This document shows positions 1 through 9,876 of a DNA stretch of 64,000 bases, piece after piece. Within the stretch, counting starts at the first letter, position 1. Each line of letters starts with the position of its first letter. The position numbers and the translations under genes are program-made. The DNA comes from an uncultured Chloroflexia bacterium (GTDB lineage: Bacteria > Chloroflexota > Limnocylindria > Limnocylindrales > CSP1-4). Under the pieces are notes generated by a model. The model did not search any database, was not told the origin of the DNA, and saw only the letters and a list, made by a program, of their open reading frames with translations. The stretch spans positions 259,878 to 323,877 of the forward strand of contig CAVPHB010000002.1 in the NCBI GenBank assembly GCA_963704145.1. Reading direction: 5' to 3'.

Positions 1-3000
1 TGACCATGCCCGCATCGTCATAGCCATAGGTGGTCGTGTTGCCGTTGGGTGCGCTGATGGATGAGGGTTGGCCGTCGGCTCGGTAGGTCCAGTCAAAGCT
101 CGTGCTGCCATGCACCGGATCGGTCAGTGTGACCTGGCGGTCGAAGGCATCGAGCGTCGCGCTGTAGCTGCCCGACGGGTCGGTCCACGTCGGCGAGGTC
201 AGGTCGTAGGTGTAGCTCGTCGTGGCAGCGGTATCGCCGGTCACGCTGACCGTCAAGGGCCGGTTGAGCCGGTCGTAGGTCGTGCTGATCGTGCTCGTCG
301 AGCTCGAGGCCTGGGTGCGGCTGCCGGCGACGTCGTAGCTGTAGGTCGTCGTGTCGGCGTCGGTGATCCGTTGGTGCACGCGCCCGGCGGCGTCGTAGGT
401 CCAGGCGACGAGAGTAGGCATGGTGCCCGTACCGCGCTCGCTCTGGCTGATGCGCCGGCCCAGAGCGTCGTACTCGTAGGTGGTCGAGTTGCCCAGAGCG
501 TCGGTGATCGTCGACATCCGCCCGCTCGCATCGTAGCCGTAGTCGGTGGTGCTGCCGCGGCCGTCGGTCATGGTGACCATGTTGCCCAGGGCGTTGTAGG
601 TATAGGTGGTCCAGACGTTGGCTGTCGTGCTGCTGCTGCCAGGGTCTACGCACGGGTTGGGCGACGCGAGCGCGACCGTCGCGTTCTCAAGTACGCCGCA
701 CAGGCGGTTCTGATCGTCAAAGGCGTAGCGCGTGGTGACGGTGGCGGTCGATGTGCCGCTGGTCGCCGACGGATCGGCGGCGACGAGCGCCACCCGGTTG
801 CCGCGCGTGTCGTACTCGTACCTGGTCACAAGGTTGGTCTGTGCGTCGATCGTCCCGCCGCCGGCACACTCCGCCCACGCCTCCGCATCGACGCAGTTAC
901 GGATCTCCGCTTCGAGATGGCCATCTTCGTCATATAGGTAGGCGGTGACAGCAAAGGTGTCGCGGTCGACTGTCGGCGCACGGACTGCGCTCTGGCGACC
1001 GGCATCGTCGTAGGCGTAGAAGGTCGATAGGTCCTCATCGTCCAGCGGCGTGCCGGCGACATCATTGTCGATACGCTCGACGAGCCGGTCGGCGGCATCA
1101 TAGACGTAGGTCGTCACACGGCCGTTGGGCGCGGTCTCTGTTGCCACGTTGCCATGACTGTCATAGGTGCGGCTGGTGGTCACGTTCCAGGTGCCGTCGT
1201 CGAGCGTGCTGCCGTCGCAGTCCCACCAGCTGCCTGTCGGCGGTGCGGGGCTTGACGTGTCCTCGGTGCAGTTGACGATGGTGGTGATCACCCGGCCATC
1301 AGAGTCGTAGAGGGTTCGCGTGACCGTGCCGCGCGCGTCGCGCAGCGCCTGACGCCGGCCGGCGATGTCATAGGCGTAGTCGTAGCTGGCTTCTGCACTG
1401 GTGCCCACCGCAGTCGCGACGCCTATCGCCGCGCCAGAGCCGTCGTACTCGGTGACGGTCGTGATGTTGGTCGTCGCGTCGGCCGTGCCGCCGGTGCATT
1501 CGTCTGGTGCGGCGCCCTGCTCAACGCAGTTGGCGATCGATGTGACCACCAGGCCGCGCATGTTGTAGATCGAGCGGCTGCTGATGCCTTCGTTGTCGGT
1601 GAACGCGACGGTGCGCCCGGCGGCGTCATACCAGGTCGTGGTGGTCACGTCCTCGGTCGGCAGCGTCGGTGTGGCCACATCATTGGCAACGACAACCGTG
1701 ACCCTATTGAGCGCGTCGTATTGGGTCGTAGTCACGACACTGTCGGGATCGGTCGTCGAGACCTGGTTGCCGGCGTGGTCGTAGGCGTAGCTCGTGGTGG
1801 CGCCAGCGACAGTCGTGCTGACCACCCGTCCGAGACGGTCATAGGTGGTGGTCGTGACGATGCCATCGGGGGTGGTCGAGCTCGTCTCGCGTCCGAGCAG
1901 ATCGTAGGTGTAGGTGGTCTCGAGCTCGGCGCCTTCCGGGGCGAGAATCTCGCTCATCGGCCGTCCGCCGATGTCGTAAGTGGCTGTGTTGGTCACATCG
2001 GTCGGGTCGCTCGCCGCGACGGTCAAGCCGCGTCCGTCGAAGGACATCACGCTCGTGCTCGAGGCGACCGACAATTCGATCGCGCGGCCCAGACCGTCGA
2101 AGTCCTGCGCGGTCGTCACGCCGCCCGATGTGGTCTCGATGACGTTGCCCGCCTCGTCGTATGTCGTGCTGGACTCGACGCCGGCCGGGTCGGTGACTTC
2201 GATCTGGCGATTGCGATTGTCGTACACATAGGTCGTGGTGCGCGTGGTGCCCGTCCACGAGTCGGCCTCGGTCAGCACGTTGCCATACGAGTCGTAGGTC
2301 ATTGTCCGCGTCAGCGCCTCGATTGACGCGTCACCGGGCAGGGCCTCAGTCAGCTGCCGCCCGAGCGCGTCGTAGGTGTAGCTCGTGGTGGCGCCCACCG
2401 GATCGGTCGAGCTCGCCAGCAGCCCGGCAGTGGTGTAGGTGAAGGTTGTCTCTACGTTCTGGTCCGCTGTCTGCGCACCCTGGTCGACGAAGTTGGCGAC
2501 CAGGCTGATCTCATTGCCGTGGGTGTCATAGGCATGCTTGGTCACCCGCCCGAGCGGATCGGTCTCGGTCTCGAGCTCGTCGTCGGCGGTGTAGGTGTAG
2601 CTGCTGACGATGTTGGTGGAGGCGTTCTGAGTGCCAGCGCCCGTGCAGGTACTCGCGTCGCCGGGCGGTATCGTGCCGCTCGAGGTGCAGTTCTCGGTCA
2701 CGCCCGTGAGGTGGCCAGAGCCGTCGTACACATAGAGGGTGACTAGCTTCAGATCTGAGTCGTTGTCTGCTTCCGAGCGGGTCACCAGATCGTTGGTCGC
2801 GTTGTAGCTCATCAAGGTGGCCACCGACGTGCTGTCGGTCAGCTGGGTCGACTGGGAGAGCACGTTGCCGCGCGCGTCATAGGTGTAGCTGATCGTCTGG
2901 TCGACCACCGGCGGGCCGGTGTCGATGGGCAGCGAGAGTTCGGTCAGGTTCGAGTCGGCGTCGTACTCGTAGGCTGTCGTATAGCCCTCCGGGTCAAGCG

Positions 3001-3341
3001 CCTCGGTGACGCGCCCGAGAGCATCGAGCGTGTACGTCCAGGTGTCATGGACCGGCCCATCAAAATCCCTGAGCAGGTCGACGGTCGTCTCCAGACCGTC
3101 GTAGGTGAAGGTGTTGTTGGGAACCACTGGCACGACTTGCAGACCGGGCAAGCGCACCTCGCTGACCTTGTCATCGGTGTAAGTGACCCACCAGAGCCGC
3201 CAGTAGTGGAAGCTACCGATCTTCCAGCCAACCGCGGTCGCCCCGCTCGTGTCATACGCGAGCGTGAATTCGACGTCCTCGGGGTCGGTGATCGAAGCCA
3301 GCTGACCCGAGGTGTAGACGAATTGCCACTCGCGTCCTGCC
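1..3341 (-). CDS. RHS/YD-repeat shell of a giant secreted polymorphic-toxin-type protein. Partial: the 3' end lies beyond the left edge. Same gene as 3252..4802, after a frameshift.
   Basis: The minus frame with codon starts at coordinates = 1 mod 3 has no stop anywhere in this interval, which is why it is absent from the ORF track. Hand translation gives canonical YD repeats: AGREWQFVYTSGQLASITDPEDVEFTLAYD from 3340 downward, TISYTYDARGNVLSQ further on, and NGNTTTYGYDDAGMV at 58..2. Confidence 0.85.
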
Positions 3342-4802
3342 GAAATCCGTGGCCGACGTGATAAGCCCCCCGCTGATGACGAAATCGGTCTCGCGCCCAG
3401 ATGCGTCGGTCGCTGTCGCATCGTTGGCGTTCCAGTCGAGCGTGAGCGCGTTGCCGAAGCAATTCTCGATCCGCTCCAGACGTCCGGCACTGGCATCCTC
3501 AAAGACGTAACGCATCTGGTCCTTGGTGATGATCGTGTAGGTGCTGCCGCTCGTCGCGCTCAGCGTCTCGAAATGACCGGCGGGCGGCGTCCAGGTGCTG
3601 CCGTCGAGGGTGAAGGTGACCAGACCGCCATCGGGCCGGTGCCAGCCGACGAGACCAGTGTCGAAGGTCAGGTGTTGGGTCAGGTTGCTGCTCCAGCCGG
3701 TACCGAAGTAGGCGCTGTCGGGGTTCTGCGAGCTGTAGCTGAGCGAGAGGGCCTGGGGTGGTCCGTATGAGGGGATGTCGAAGAGGTGCTTGTCGATCGT
3801 CAGCTCGCCGTTGTGCACCCCGACCGCCATCCGCCAACCGGCACCGAGATCGAAGGGCACCCGTGTGTAGAAGGCCTCCTCGCCACGCATCGGGTCGGCC
3901 ACGACCTGAGCGGTATAGACGAACGAGGCGGGGGCCGACCACTCCGATTGGCCGACGCCGTCCTTGACCTTGACGCGCCACCAGTAGGTGTTGCCGTAGG
4001 TCATGGTGGGCCCGCTGGTCGGGAAGGTCCACGACGCGTCGTTACCGGCGGCCCACTTGCCGCTCGCGCCATCGGTCGTCTCGCGCACTATCGTCGCGAA
4101 AGTGTTGGAAGTCGCCACCTGGACCCAGTAGTCGCTCTGCGGGGTGCCGTATGTCGCGTCACCGTTGTCATACGTCCAGGCGAGTGTCTCGCTACCCGGC
4201 GCACCACCGACCGGAGTGGTCGGCGTCGCGGTCGGTCGGTGCCAGCTGACCACCAGATGCGGGCGCAGGGAAAGATAGGGCGAGGTCTGGTTGCCCGACA
4301 CGATGCGCTTCCAGTTGCCCTGGCCGTTGGGGTTGGCATGGATCATGAAGCCGTTGTTGTTCTGGGCGATGTTGATCACGTCCTGGACGTAATCGGTGAC
4401 ATCGGCCTCGTCGGACCACTGGCCCTGGGTCGTATAGAACTCGGAGTAGTCGCTCGAGGCGACGGTCGGGCGGTTGTTCCAGGTCACCTGACCGACGGTC
4501 CAGTCCTGCGTCACGAGGCGCAGGTAGCTCTTGCGTGGCGTGGAGTGGTAGTACTGCCAGTAGGGGTAGAACTGGAGTGCCGCGCCGTCGACATGGACGT
4601 AGTCGCCGATCGTCGTGCGGATGTCCTTGAAGCGCATGTAGACCTCGTTGTAGTACGAGGTCCCGGGCTCGTTGCCATGCCACATCTCGTAGTAGTAGGG
4701 CGAGTCCGGTCGCTGGTAGGTGTTGAAGTTGCTCGTTGGGTACTTGCTCGACGCGAATGTGTCCTGCGCGGTGGTGCTCGTGCCATACGGGAAATCGGTC
4801 AC
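3252..4802 (-). CDS. Middle part of the same giant protein: DNRLRE-type domain, a beta-sandwich region and the first YD repeats.
   Basis: 516-aa ORF. It carries VTWNNRPTV and GFMIHANPNG motifs typical of DNRLRE-domain proteins, then GTGWSSNL...YVFEDASAGRLERIEN RHS-type repeats. The last ~25 aa are out of frame, and the true frame continues at 3340. Confidence 0.85.
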   Translation of the reverse strand: MTDFPYGTSTTAQDTFASSKYPTSNFNTYQRPDSPYYYEMWHGNEPGTSYYNEVYMRFKDIRTTIGDYVHVDGAALQFYPYWQYYHSTPRKSYLRLVTQDWTVGQVTWNNRPTVASSDYSEFYTTQGQWSDEADVTDYVQDVINIAQNNNGFMIHANPNGQGNWKRIVSGNQTSPYLSLRPHLVVSWHRPTATPTTPVGGAPGSETLAWTYDNGDATYGTPQSDYWVQVATSNTFATIVRETTDGASGKWAAGNDASWTFPTSGPTMTYGNTYWWRVKVKDGVGQSEWSAPASFVYTAQVVADPMRGEEAFYTRVPFDLGAGWRMAVGVHNGELTIDKHLFDIPSYGPPQALSLSYSSQNPDSAYFGTGWSSNLTQHLTFDTGLVGWHRPDGGLVTFTLDGSTWTPPAGHFETLSATSGSTYTIITKDQMRYVFEDASAGRLERIENCFGNALTLDWNANDATATDASGRETDFVISGGLITSATDFGRTRVAIRLHLGSAGFDHRPRGRRIHARV

Positions 4803-4898
4803 GGTCGGATCGACATAGACCGGGTAGACCGCCGCAGCGAGGAACTCGGGCCCGATCGTCAGGGTCAGCAGCGTCGCGGTGCGCGTCTGGGTGACTAC

Positions 4899-5735
4899 CT
4901 AGGTCACTGCCTCCGCGTACAGCCCACCGCCGCGCCCTTCAACATCTGATGAATCCATCAGGAACGGCCGCGGCAAGCGTCCTACGATCGCGCCCTTCTC
5001 GTCGCGGATCTCGATTGAGCCGTCGTCTTGCGCGACGAACGTCAGCCCGGGCGCGTCGATGGCCAGACTAAAGGTGCTCGTTGCAGGCTTGGAGGGCAGG
5101 ACGAGGAACGTCTTCACCCCGTCGGCGCTCGGGAAGACGCGCAATCCGATGCCGCCGGGCAGAAAGTCGGCGTAGTCGGCGAACAGGCCGTCCTCCATGA
5201 CCACCGGTGCGCTCGCTGCGCGGCCGGCGGCGGTGCCCGCGGGCAGGCCGAAGCTGATCGTGCGGCCAGCGCCAGTGATTGACACGAACCCGCCGGCATC
5301 GTCGCCAAGGTTGAGGGACAGGCGCGCGGGCGCCTTGTCGACCCGAGCCTTCTCGTCGCTGCCAGCGACTGCTTCGAGGCGGGTGTCGATTGGCTGCCAG
5401 TCGGTGCGGCCCTCGGGCTGGTAGTAGATGGCATCGGTGTACAGCTCGGTCACGAAGCTGCCGTCGAACTTCTCATAGGTCCTTGTATCCGCGGTGCGCA
5501 GGTCGATGCGCTCGACGCCAGGAGGCTCGTCCGCCGCGGTAGGTGGCGCTACGGGCAAAGGGCTTGGAGCGGCCGGCTCATCAGCCGGCGGCGGAGTGAC
5601 CTCCGGTTGCTCGGCTGGTGGCGGCGAAGGCTCGTCGCCCAAAACAAAAGCCGGTGACGTCGCACCGGCTCCAAACAAAATCGCGCTGGTCACCATCATG
5701 GCCAGCCAACGGCTCGCGGCTGCGGAGTGCATCAA
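4899..5735 (-). CDS. N-terminal part of the same giant protein: signal peptide plus a shared N-domain. It ends at an in-frame TAG.
   Basis: 278-aa ORF with signal-like MMHSAAASRWLAMMVTSAILFGAGATSPAFV. It is in the same frame as 3252..4802, and the 32 intervening codons are open and protein-like. Confidence 0.75.
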   Translation of the reverse strand: MMHSAAASRWLAMMVTSAILFGAGATSPAFVLGDEPSPPPAEQPEVTPPPADEPAAPSPLPVAPPTAADEPPGVERIDLRTADTRTYEKFDGSFVTELYTDAIYYQPEGRTDWQPIDTRLEAVAGSDEKARVDKAPARLSLNLGDDAGGFVSITGAGRTISFGLPAGTAAGRAASAPVVMEDGLFADYADFLPGGIGLRVFPSADGVKTFLVLPSKPATSTFSLAIDAPGLTFVAQDDGSIEIRDEKGAIVGRLPRPFLMDSSDVEGRGGGLYAEAVT

Positions 5736-5856
5736 ACCCCTCGCACACTCACGGCTGCCGCTTCACCGCCGGGCAGGACGGTCGATCAGCTGCCGTTCGC
5801 CACGGTAGGCGCGCCATCGCCGGCGGTCAAGTGACGGGTTGCCGAGGGTGGGTTGC

Positions 5857-6078
5857 CTATCGCAGGTCGAACGCAGCAGCGATATGCGGTTGCCGCGCCA
5901 AGATGAGTTCGAGGTGGCTGTTCGCCCACATCTCGATACGCGGCCGCTCACCGCCTTCGTTGTGGCTTTCAATCCAGTCGACCGCTATCGGGCATCTTGC
6001 GAGCGCCAAGCCGCGGATAACGCTGCGGCTTAATCGGGAGTCGATAAATCCAGCTCGCGCGACCTCTTGACTGACCAT
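5857..6078 (-). CDS. Small hypothetical ORF (73 aa) in the divergent spacer between the two RHS-type genes.
   Basis: ORF track only. The sequence is protein-like (IAVDWIESHNEGGERPRIEMWANSHLELILA) with A/T-richer codons than the surroundings. I recognise no family. Confidence 0.25.
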   Translation of the reverse strand: MVSQEVARAGFIDSRLSRSVIRGLALARCPIAVDWIESHNEGGERPRIEMWANSHLELILARQPHIAAAFDLR

Positions 6079-6080
6079 AT

Positions 6081-8801
6081 ATGGTCGGCGAGCGACCGCT
6101 AACCGACGGACATTCTGCCCGCCGACGGAAGACGGCCGCGAGGGGAGAGCGATCAGTGCGTCGCCTTGTCGTCACACGGTGGCTGGTCGCGGTCATCACG
6201 GCTACTCTGCTGTTCCAAGCTGGCGCTGTCGCGCCAGCTTTTGTCACAGCCACCGGTCAAATCGGCTCCACGATCGATTCTGATCCTGCTGCACCCGAGC
6301 GGCTCAACTCAGTGCCGCTCGCGCGCCGCCAGCCTGTTGCGCCGGTAATCGTCGAGGGCACATCGGGTGGCGTCACGCCGCCGCTCGGCGTAACGGTTCG
6401 TGCTGCGCCCATCGCCTATCAGCCTCCCGAGAAACCTGACGAGGTCGAGGCGCTGCGCTCCGAATTCGGTCGCGTCGTTGCCCAACCCGATGGCTCCTTT
6501 ACGGCCGAATACTTCATGGGCCGCGTCAACTTCCTCGACGCCGACGGCGAGTTCCAACCAATCGACCTCAACCTCATACCTGATGCCGACACTCGCTATG
6601 GCCTACGAACGACCGCGAACAGTTTTGATTTACGCATAAGCGCCCGCGGCGACAGCGCGGAGCTGGCCGAACTCAGTCTCGGAGACCGGGTCATCCGCCT
6701 GCGCCACGCCAGCCAGCCATTCGGTGATCCGGCTCGCTCGCCCGATGGCGTTACATACCCGTCGGCAGCAGACCGTGGCCAGGTCTCGCTCCTCCCAACA
6801 CCAGAAGGACTCGAGTTCACCGTCACGTTGGCTGACAAGACGCAAGGAGGCACGTACCAATTCATCCTCGATACAGGCGGGCTGAAGGCCGAGCCCGGGC
6901 CAGAGGGCCGTGGGGTGCTGCTGCGCGATGCCACGGGGGCTGTCGTTGCCTCTGTCAGCCCGCCGACGATCTTCGACGCAACCGAGCGACCCGCGCCGCG
7001 GAACGCGATAACCACGTTGGTCAGCGGCCCGGCCTCAGTTCCGGCTCCCGACGCGCCCGCCACGGCGCTGCCGTCTCCCTCGCCTTCATCGCCAGATGAA
7101 GCAACTACCCCATCCGAGAGCCAAACGGCTCCTCCAGAGTTACCCCAGCCGCCCGTTATTGCCGAGTTGCAATCACCTTTGCCTTCGGCCGACCCCGAGA
7201 CTTCGCCGACCCCGACGTCATCTCCGCCGACGCCTGGCCTCGATCTTGACCTAGCACCAACCGAGGTCCTGCTTACCTACACGATCGACCCGACCTGGCT
7301 GGCCCAGCCTGAAGTCGCCTTTCCGGTCGTCCTCGATCCCACCATCTGCGTTCAAAAGGGCCAGACAGTCGCCGCGGACGGCTGCGACTCGCTTGCGAGC
7401 AGCACCGGGTATCTCGACCACTTCATCTTGGGCGGGCTACCGAACTACTACCCGTACAACTGGACCTACGTCCGCGTTGGTAAGGACGCGCAGGGCGACG
7501 GCTACGGCAACATGCGCGCCCTCTTCTACTTCCCGGACGTGGCGCTGCCTGACGGCGGCCAGCTCACCAACGCCACCTTGCGTCTGCGCGAGAACGCCAA
7601 CTTCGGCAGTAATCAGCAAATCTACTTCAGCCTGATCACGAAGGGCTGGCACGCCCAGACGACGTGGAACTCGCAGCCAACCTATGGCGCAACCACGTCA
7701 CCGATCTCAGTTCTCAACAGCGGTTCGCTGCCGGACTTCCTAAATGCCGACGTGACCGATCTGGCGCGCACCTGGTACACGCGCAACGCGAACGATTGGC
7801 AGGCAAATCTCGGACTCATGGCGCGCCTCGTGACCGAGACCCAGAGCGAGGTCAACTTTCGCAACAAGGCCTTCAATACGGTCGACTATCGGCCACGCCT
7901 GGCGATCACCTATGTCGTGCCCAAGGTCTCGATCGATTTCGACACGGCGACTCTCGGCGCAGACTTCGTGCCGACCACCATGCCGGCCGGCTTGACCCTC
8001 GGTCTGCCGGTCAAAGTCACCAATGACAACTCTGGTTTCGCCTTCAACCACTCGGGCAGCGATCGCTTCGCGCTGGGCTACCGCTGGTTTGACGCTGCGG
8101 GCAAGCCGGTCGTCCAGTCAGGCTTCCAGAACTGGGGCGTATCGGCGCTGCCGGCGACGATCAACAACAACGCCACCAGTGCGGTGATCAACGTTCCGGT
8201 CAGCGCACCGCCGCAAGTTGGCCAATACGCGCTGCGATTCGACCTCGTGCACGTGGTCGGCGCGGCCAATGTGTGGGGGTCGGACTTCGCCAGTCCGAGC
8301 CTGTATTACAGCGGCGCGCGAGCCTCGGCCGAGACCTCGAACACACGCGTCGTAGGTAGTTCGGTCGTCGAGCGGGCCGACTTCACGGTCGCCGTCGTCG
8401 GCGGCGGAGGCACGGCAGTCGGCGAGATGGAGTCGGTCGGACTAGCAGATGGCTCGACGCTGGGCGTGAACCTGTGGTCGCGCAACCTGCACTTCGATGG
8501 ACATAGCATTTCTGAGCTGCGAGAGGTGGTCGGCAGCTGGGATCGCGGCACTTTCCGGAGTCGAGCCGATTCGATTAGATACCATCACCCGAAGCACGCC
8601 CCTGGTCAGTCCGTACTGGAATACACGCGAGAAGCGCGGTCGTTCTTCACGGCAAATCGGTCTCAGTTCCGCCCGGTGACTCCAACGAAACCCGGATGGA
8701 AGCCCGCACTCCGTCTCAAGACGGCGACCAAGACCGGCTGGTTCACGCCGCACGGGCGCATCCTCACGTACTGGAGGAAAGAGGCGACCGGTGCATTTTG
8801 A
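6081..8801 (+). CDS. Secreted DNRLRE-domain protein, a paralogue of the N-terminal third of the giant RHS gene. It lacks the RHS shell and ends in a foreign ~98-aa C-terminal module.
   Basis: 906-aa ORF. The likely start is GTG 6156, after GGGGAG, giving VRRLVVTRWLVAVITATLLFQAGAVAPAFV. It has a PT-rich linker and the DNRLRE signature (ATLRLRENANFG...TTWNSQPTYG). Homology to the paralogue stops at GVNLWSRNLHFDGH (~8504). Confidence 0.85.
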   Translation: MVGERPLTDGHSARRRKTAARGERSVRRLVVTRWLVAVITATLLFQAGAVAPAFVTATGQIGSTIDSDPAAPERLNSVPLARRQPVAPVIVEGTSGGVTPPLGVTVRAAPIAYQPPEKPDEVEALRSEFGRVVAQPDGSFTAEYFMGRVNFLDADGEFQPIDLNLIPDADTRYGLRTTANSFDLRISARGDSAELAELSLGDRVIRLRHASQPFGDPARSPDGVTYPSAADRGQVSLLPTPEGLEFTVTLADKTQGGTYQFILDTGGLKAEPGPEGRGVLLRDATGAVVASVSPPTIFDATERPAPRNAITTLVSGPASVPAPDAPATALPSPSPSSPDEATTPSESQTAPPELPQPPVIAELQSPLPSADPETSPTPTSSPPTPGLDLDLAPTEVLLTYTIDPTWLAQPEVAFPVVLDPTICVQKGQTVAADGCDSLASSTGYLDHFILGGLPNYYPYNWTYVRVGKDAQGDGYGNMRALFYFPDVALPDGGQLTNATLRLRENANFGSNQQIYFSLITKGWHAQTTWNSQPTYGATTSPISVLNSGSLPDFLNADVTDLARTWYTRNANDWQANLGLMARLVTETQSEVNFRNKAFNTVDYRPRLAITYVVPKVSIDFDTATLGADFVPTTMPAGLTLGLPVKVTNDNSGFAFNHSGSDRFALGYRWFDAAGKPVVQSGFQNWGVSALPATINNNATSAVINVPVSAPPQVGQYALRFDLVHVVGAANVWGSDFASPSLYYSGARASAETSNTRVVGSSVVERADFTVAVVGGGGTAVGEMESVGLADGSTLGVNLWSRNLHFDGHSISELREVVGSWDRGTFRSRADSIRYHHPKHAPGQSVLEYTREARSFFTANRSQFRPVTPTKPGWKPALRLKTATKTGWFTPHGRILTYWRKEATGAF

Positions 8802-8848
8802 GAGATTTAGTGACGCCGTCAACGTGACATTTGTGGATCGCACCATGG

Positions 8849-9169
8849 ATGCTGGTACCTGAGTTGCGTGACTTACTGTCTCGGCTCTTTCAGCATCATC
8901 GAGATAAACCTGTGCCCGATCAGATTCTGTCAAGCCCTGCGGATCTGGTGCTCACGGACGAAATCGTGGCCGGAATTGCCAGCCACTATCTCCTAAATCA
9001 CAGGCCGGTCTCGCAGGAGCATCGAGACGTATTAGCTCACGCTAGCTCAGAGATCATGACCGCAATGTCGTGGCCCGATCTACACCAAGACGCCCTCGAA
9101 TATCTGCAAGAGCTCCAAGCGATATGCATCGAGCTGTCCAAGCCCGTCGACGGACGGATGACCGGCTGA
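8849..9169 (+). CDS. Small helical protein, a candidate immunity partner of the C-terminal module upstream.
   Basis: The track ORF is 8831..9169, with the first ATG at 8849 (MLVPELRDLLSRLF...). It sits 47 nt after the stop of 6081..8801, shares its low-GC3 codon usage, and has acidic, helical composition. I recognise no family. Confidence 0.5.
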   Translation: MLVPELRDLLSRLFQHHRDKPVPDQILSSPADLVLTDEIVAGIASHYLLNHRPVSQEHRDVLAHASSEIMTAMSWPDLHQDALEYLQELQAICIELSKPVDGRMTG

Positions 9170-9876
9170 CCCTGCCCACCTCCCGGCTGTCGGTCCGCCA
9201 TCCGGAACAAGCTCCTTTGGAAGATGGGATCGGACGTATGAACACGGATGAGCGATCGAATTCCTTCGAGCGCATCAACCTATGCCGGCCGACCCTGAAC
9301 TGTCCGAGGATCTGCTAACGACTTATGCCGTGAAGTACCCGCCCGCGGGAGTCTCCGCCTGTCTACGCGGCGATCCAGCCGATGAGTGGCGCCGATGCTG
9401 GCGACGAGTTCACCACACCACCCGGACAGCTGACCAGTTGCTTACGAGCTCGCGCCGGCGGACATTGCCCCTCCGCCGGAGCTCCTCGATCCCGGGGCTA
9501 GAAACGGAATACGGTCGGCGCCACTGTTGTCACGGGCTTCGACATCGACTCGCAGTCAAGTCTCGTCGCGGGACGTCTTCCATTCAGCGCACGGCTCGCC
9601 GACACAAGGACCATAGCTCGCAGCCAGTTCCCCGGATCGAGCGCCTACGACGGGGCGAGTTCGGTGTTCTGGGCCGGGAAGCCGTCAATTGGTGGGGTCG
9701 CGGGTTGACGAGCCACGCGGGGAAAGGCTCCGGGAGATCTGCCCTGTTGACGTGCCCACGTTCACGCAATCGAAGAGCGCGAGATTGGCCCGCAGGTAAT
9801 GGCGCGTACAGCCGATAACTGTACCTATTTCGCTCGCGCTCCCACGCAGAGAGCCACAGCGCATAGCCCGGCAGGC

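Noticed and set aside
4899-4901. Programmed amber recoding (for example pyrrolysine) in the RHS gene
   Set aside because: No pyl genes or recoding signals are visible in the window, and the contig shows many other single-base lesions. An error or a simple nonsense mutation is more parsimonious.
3786-4949. 387-aa plus-strand ORF
   Set aside because: It is antisense to the DNRLRE/RHS gene, and no protein-like motifs are visible.
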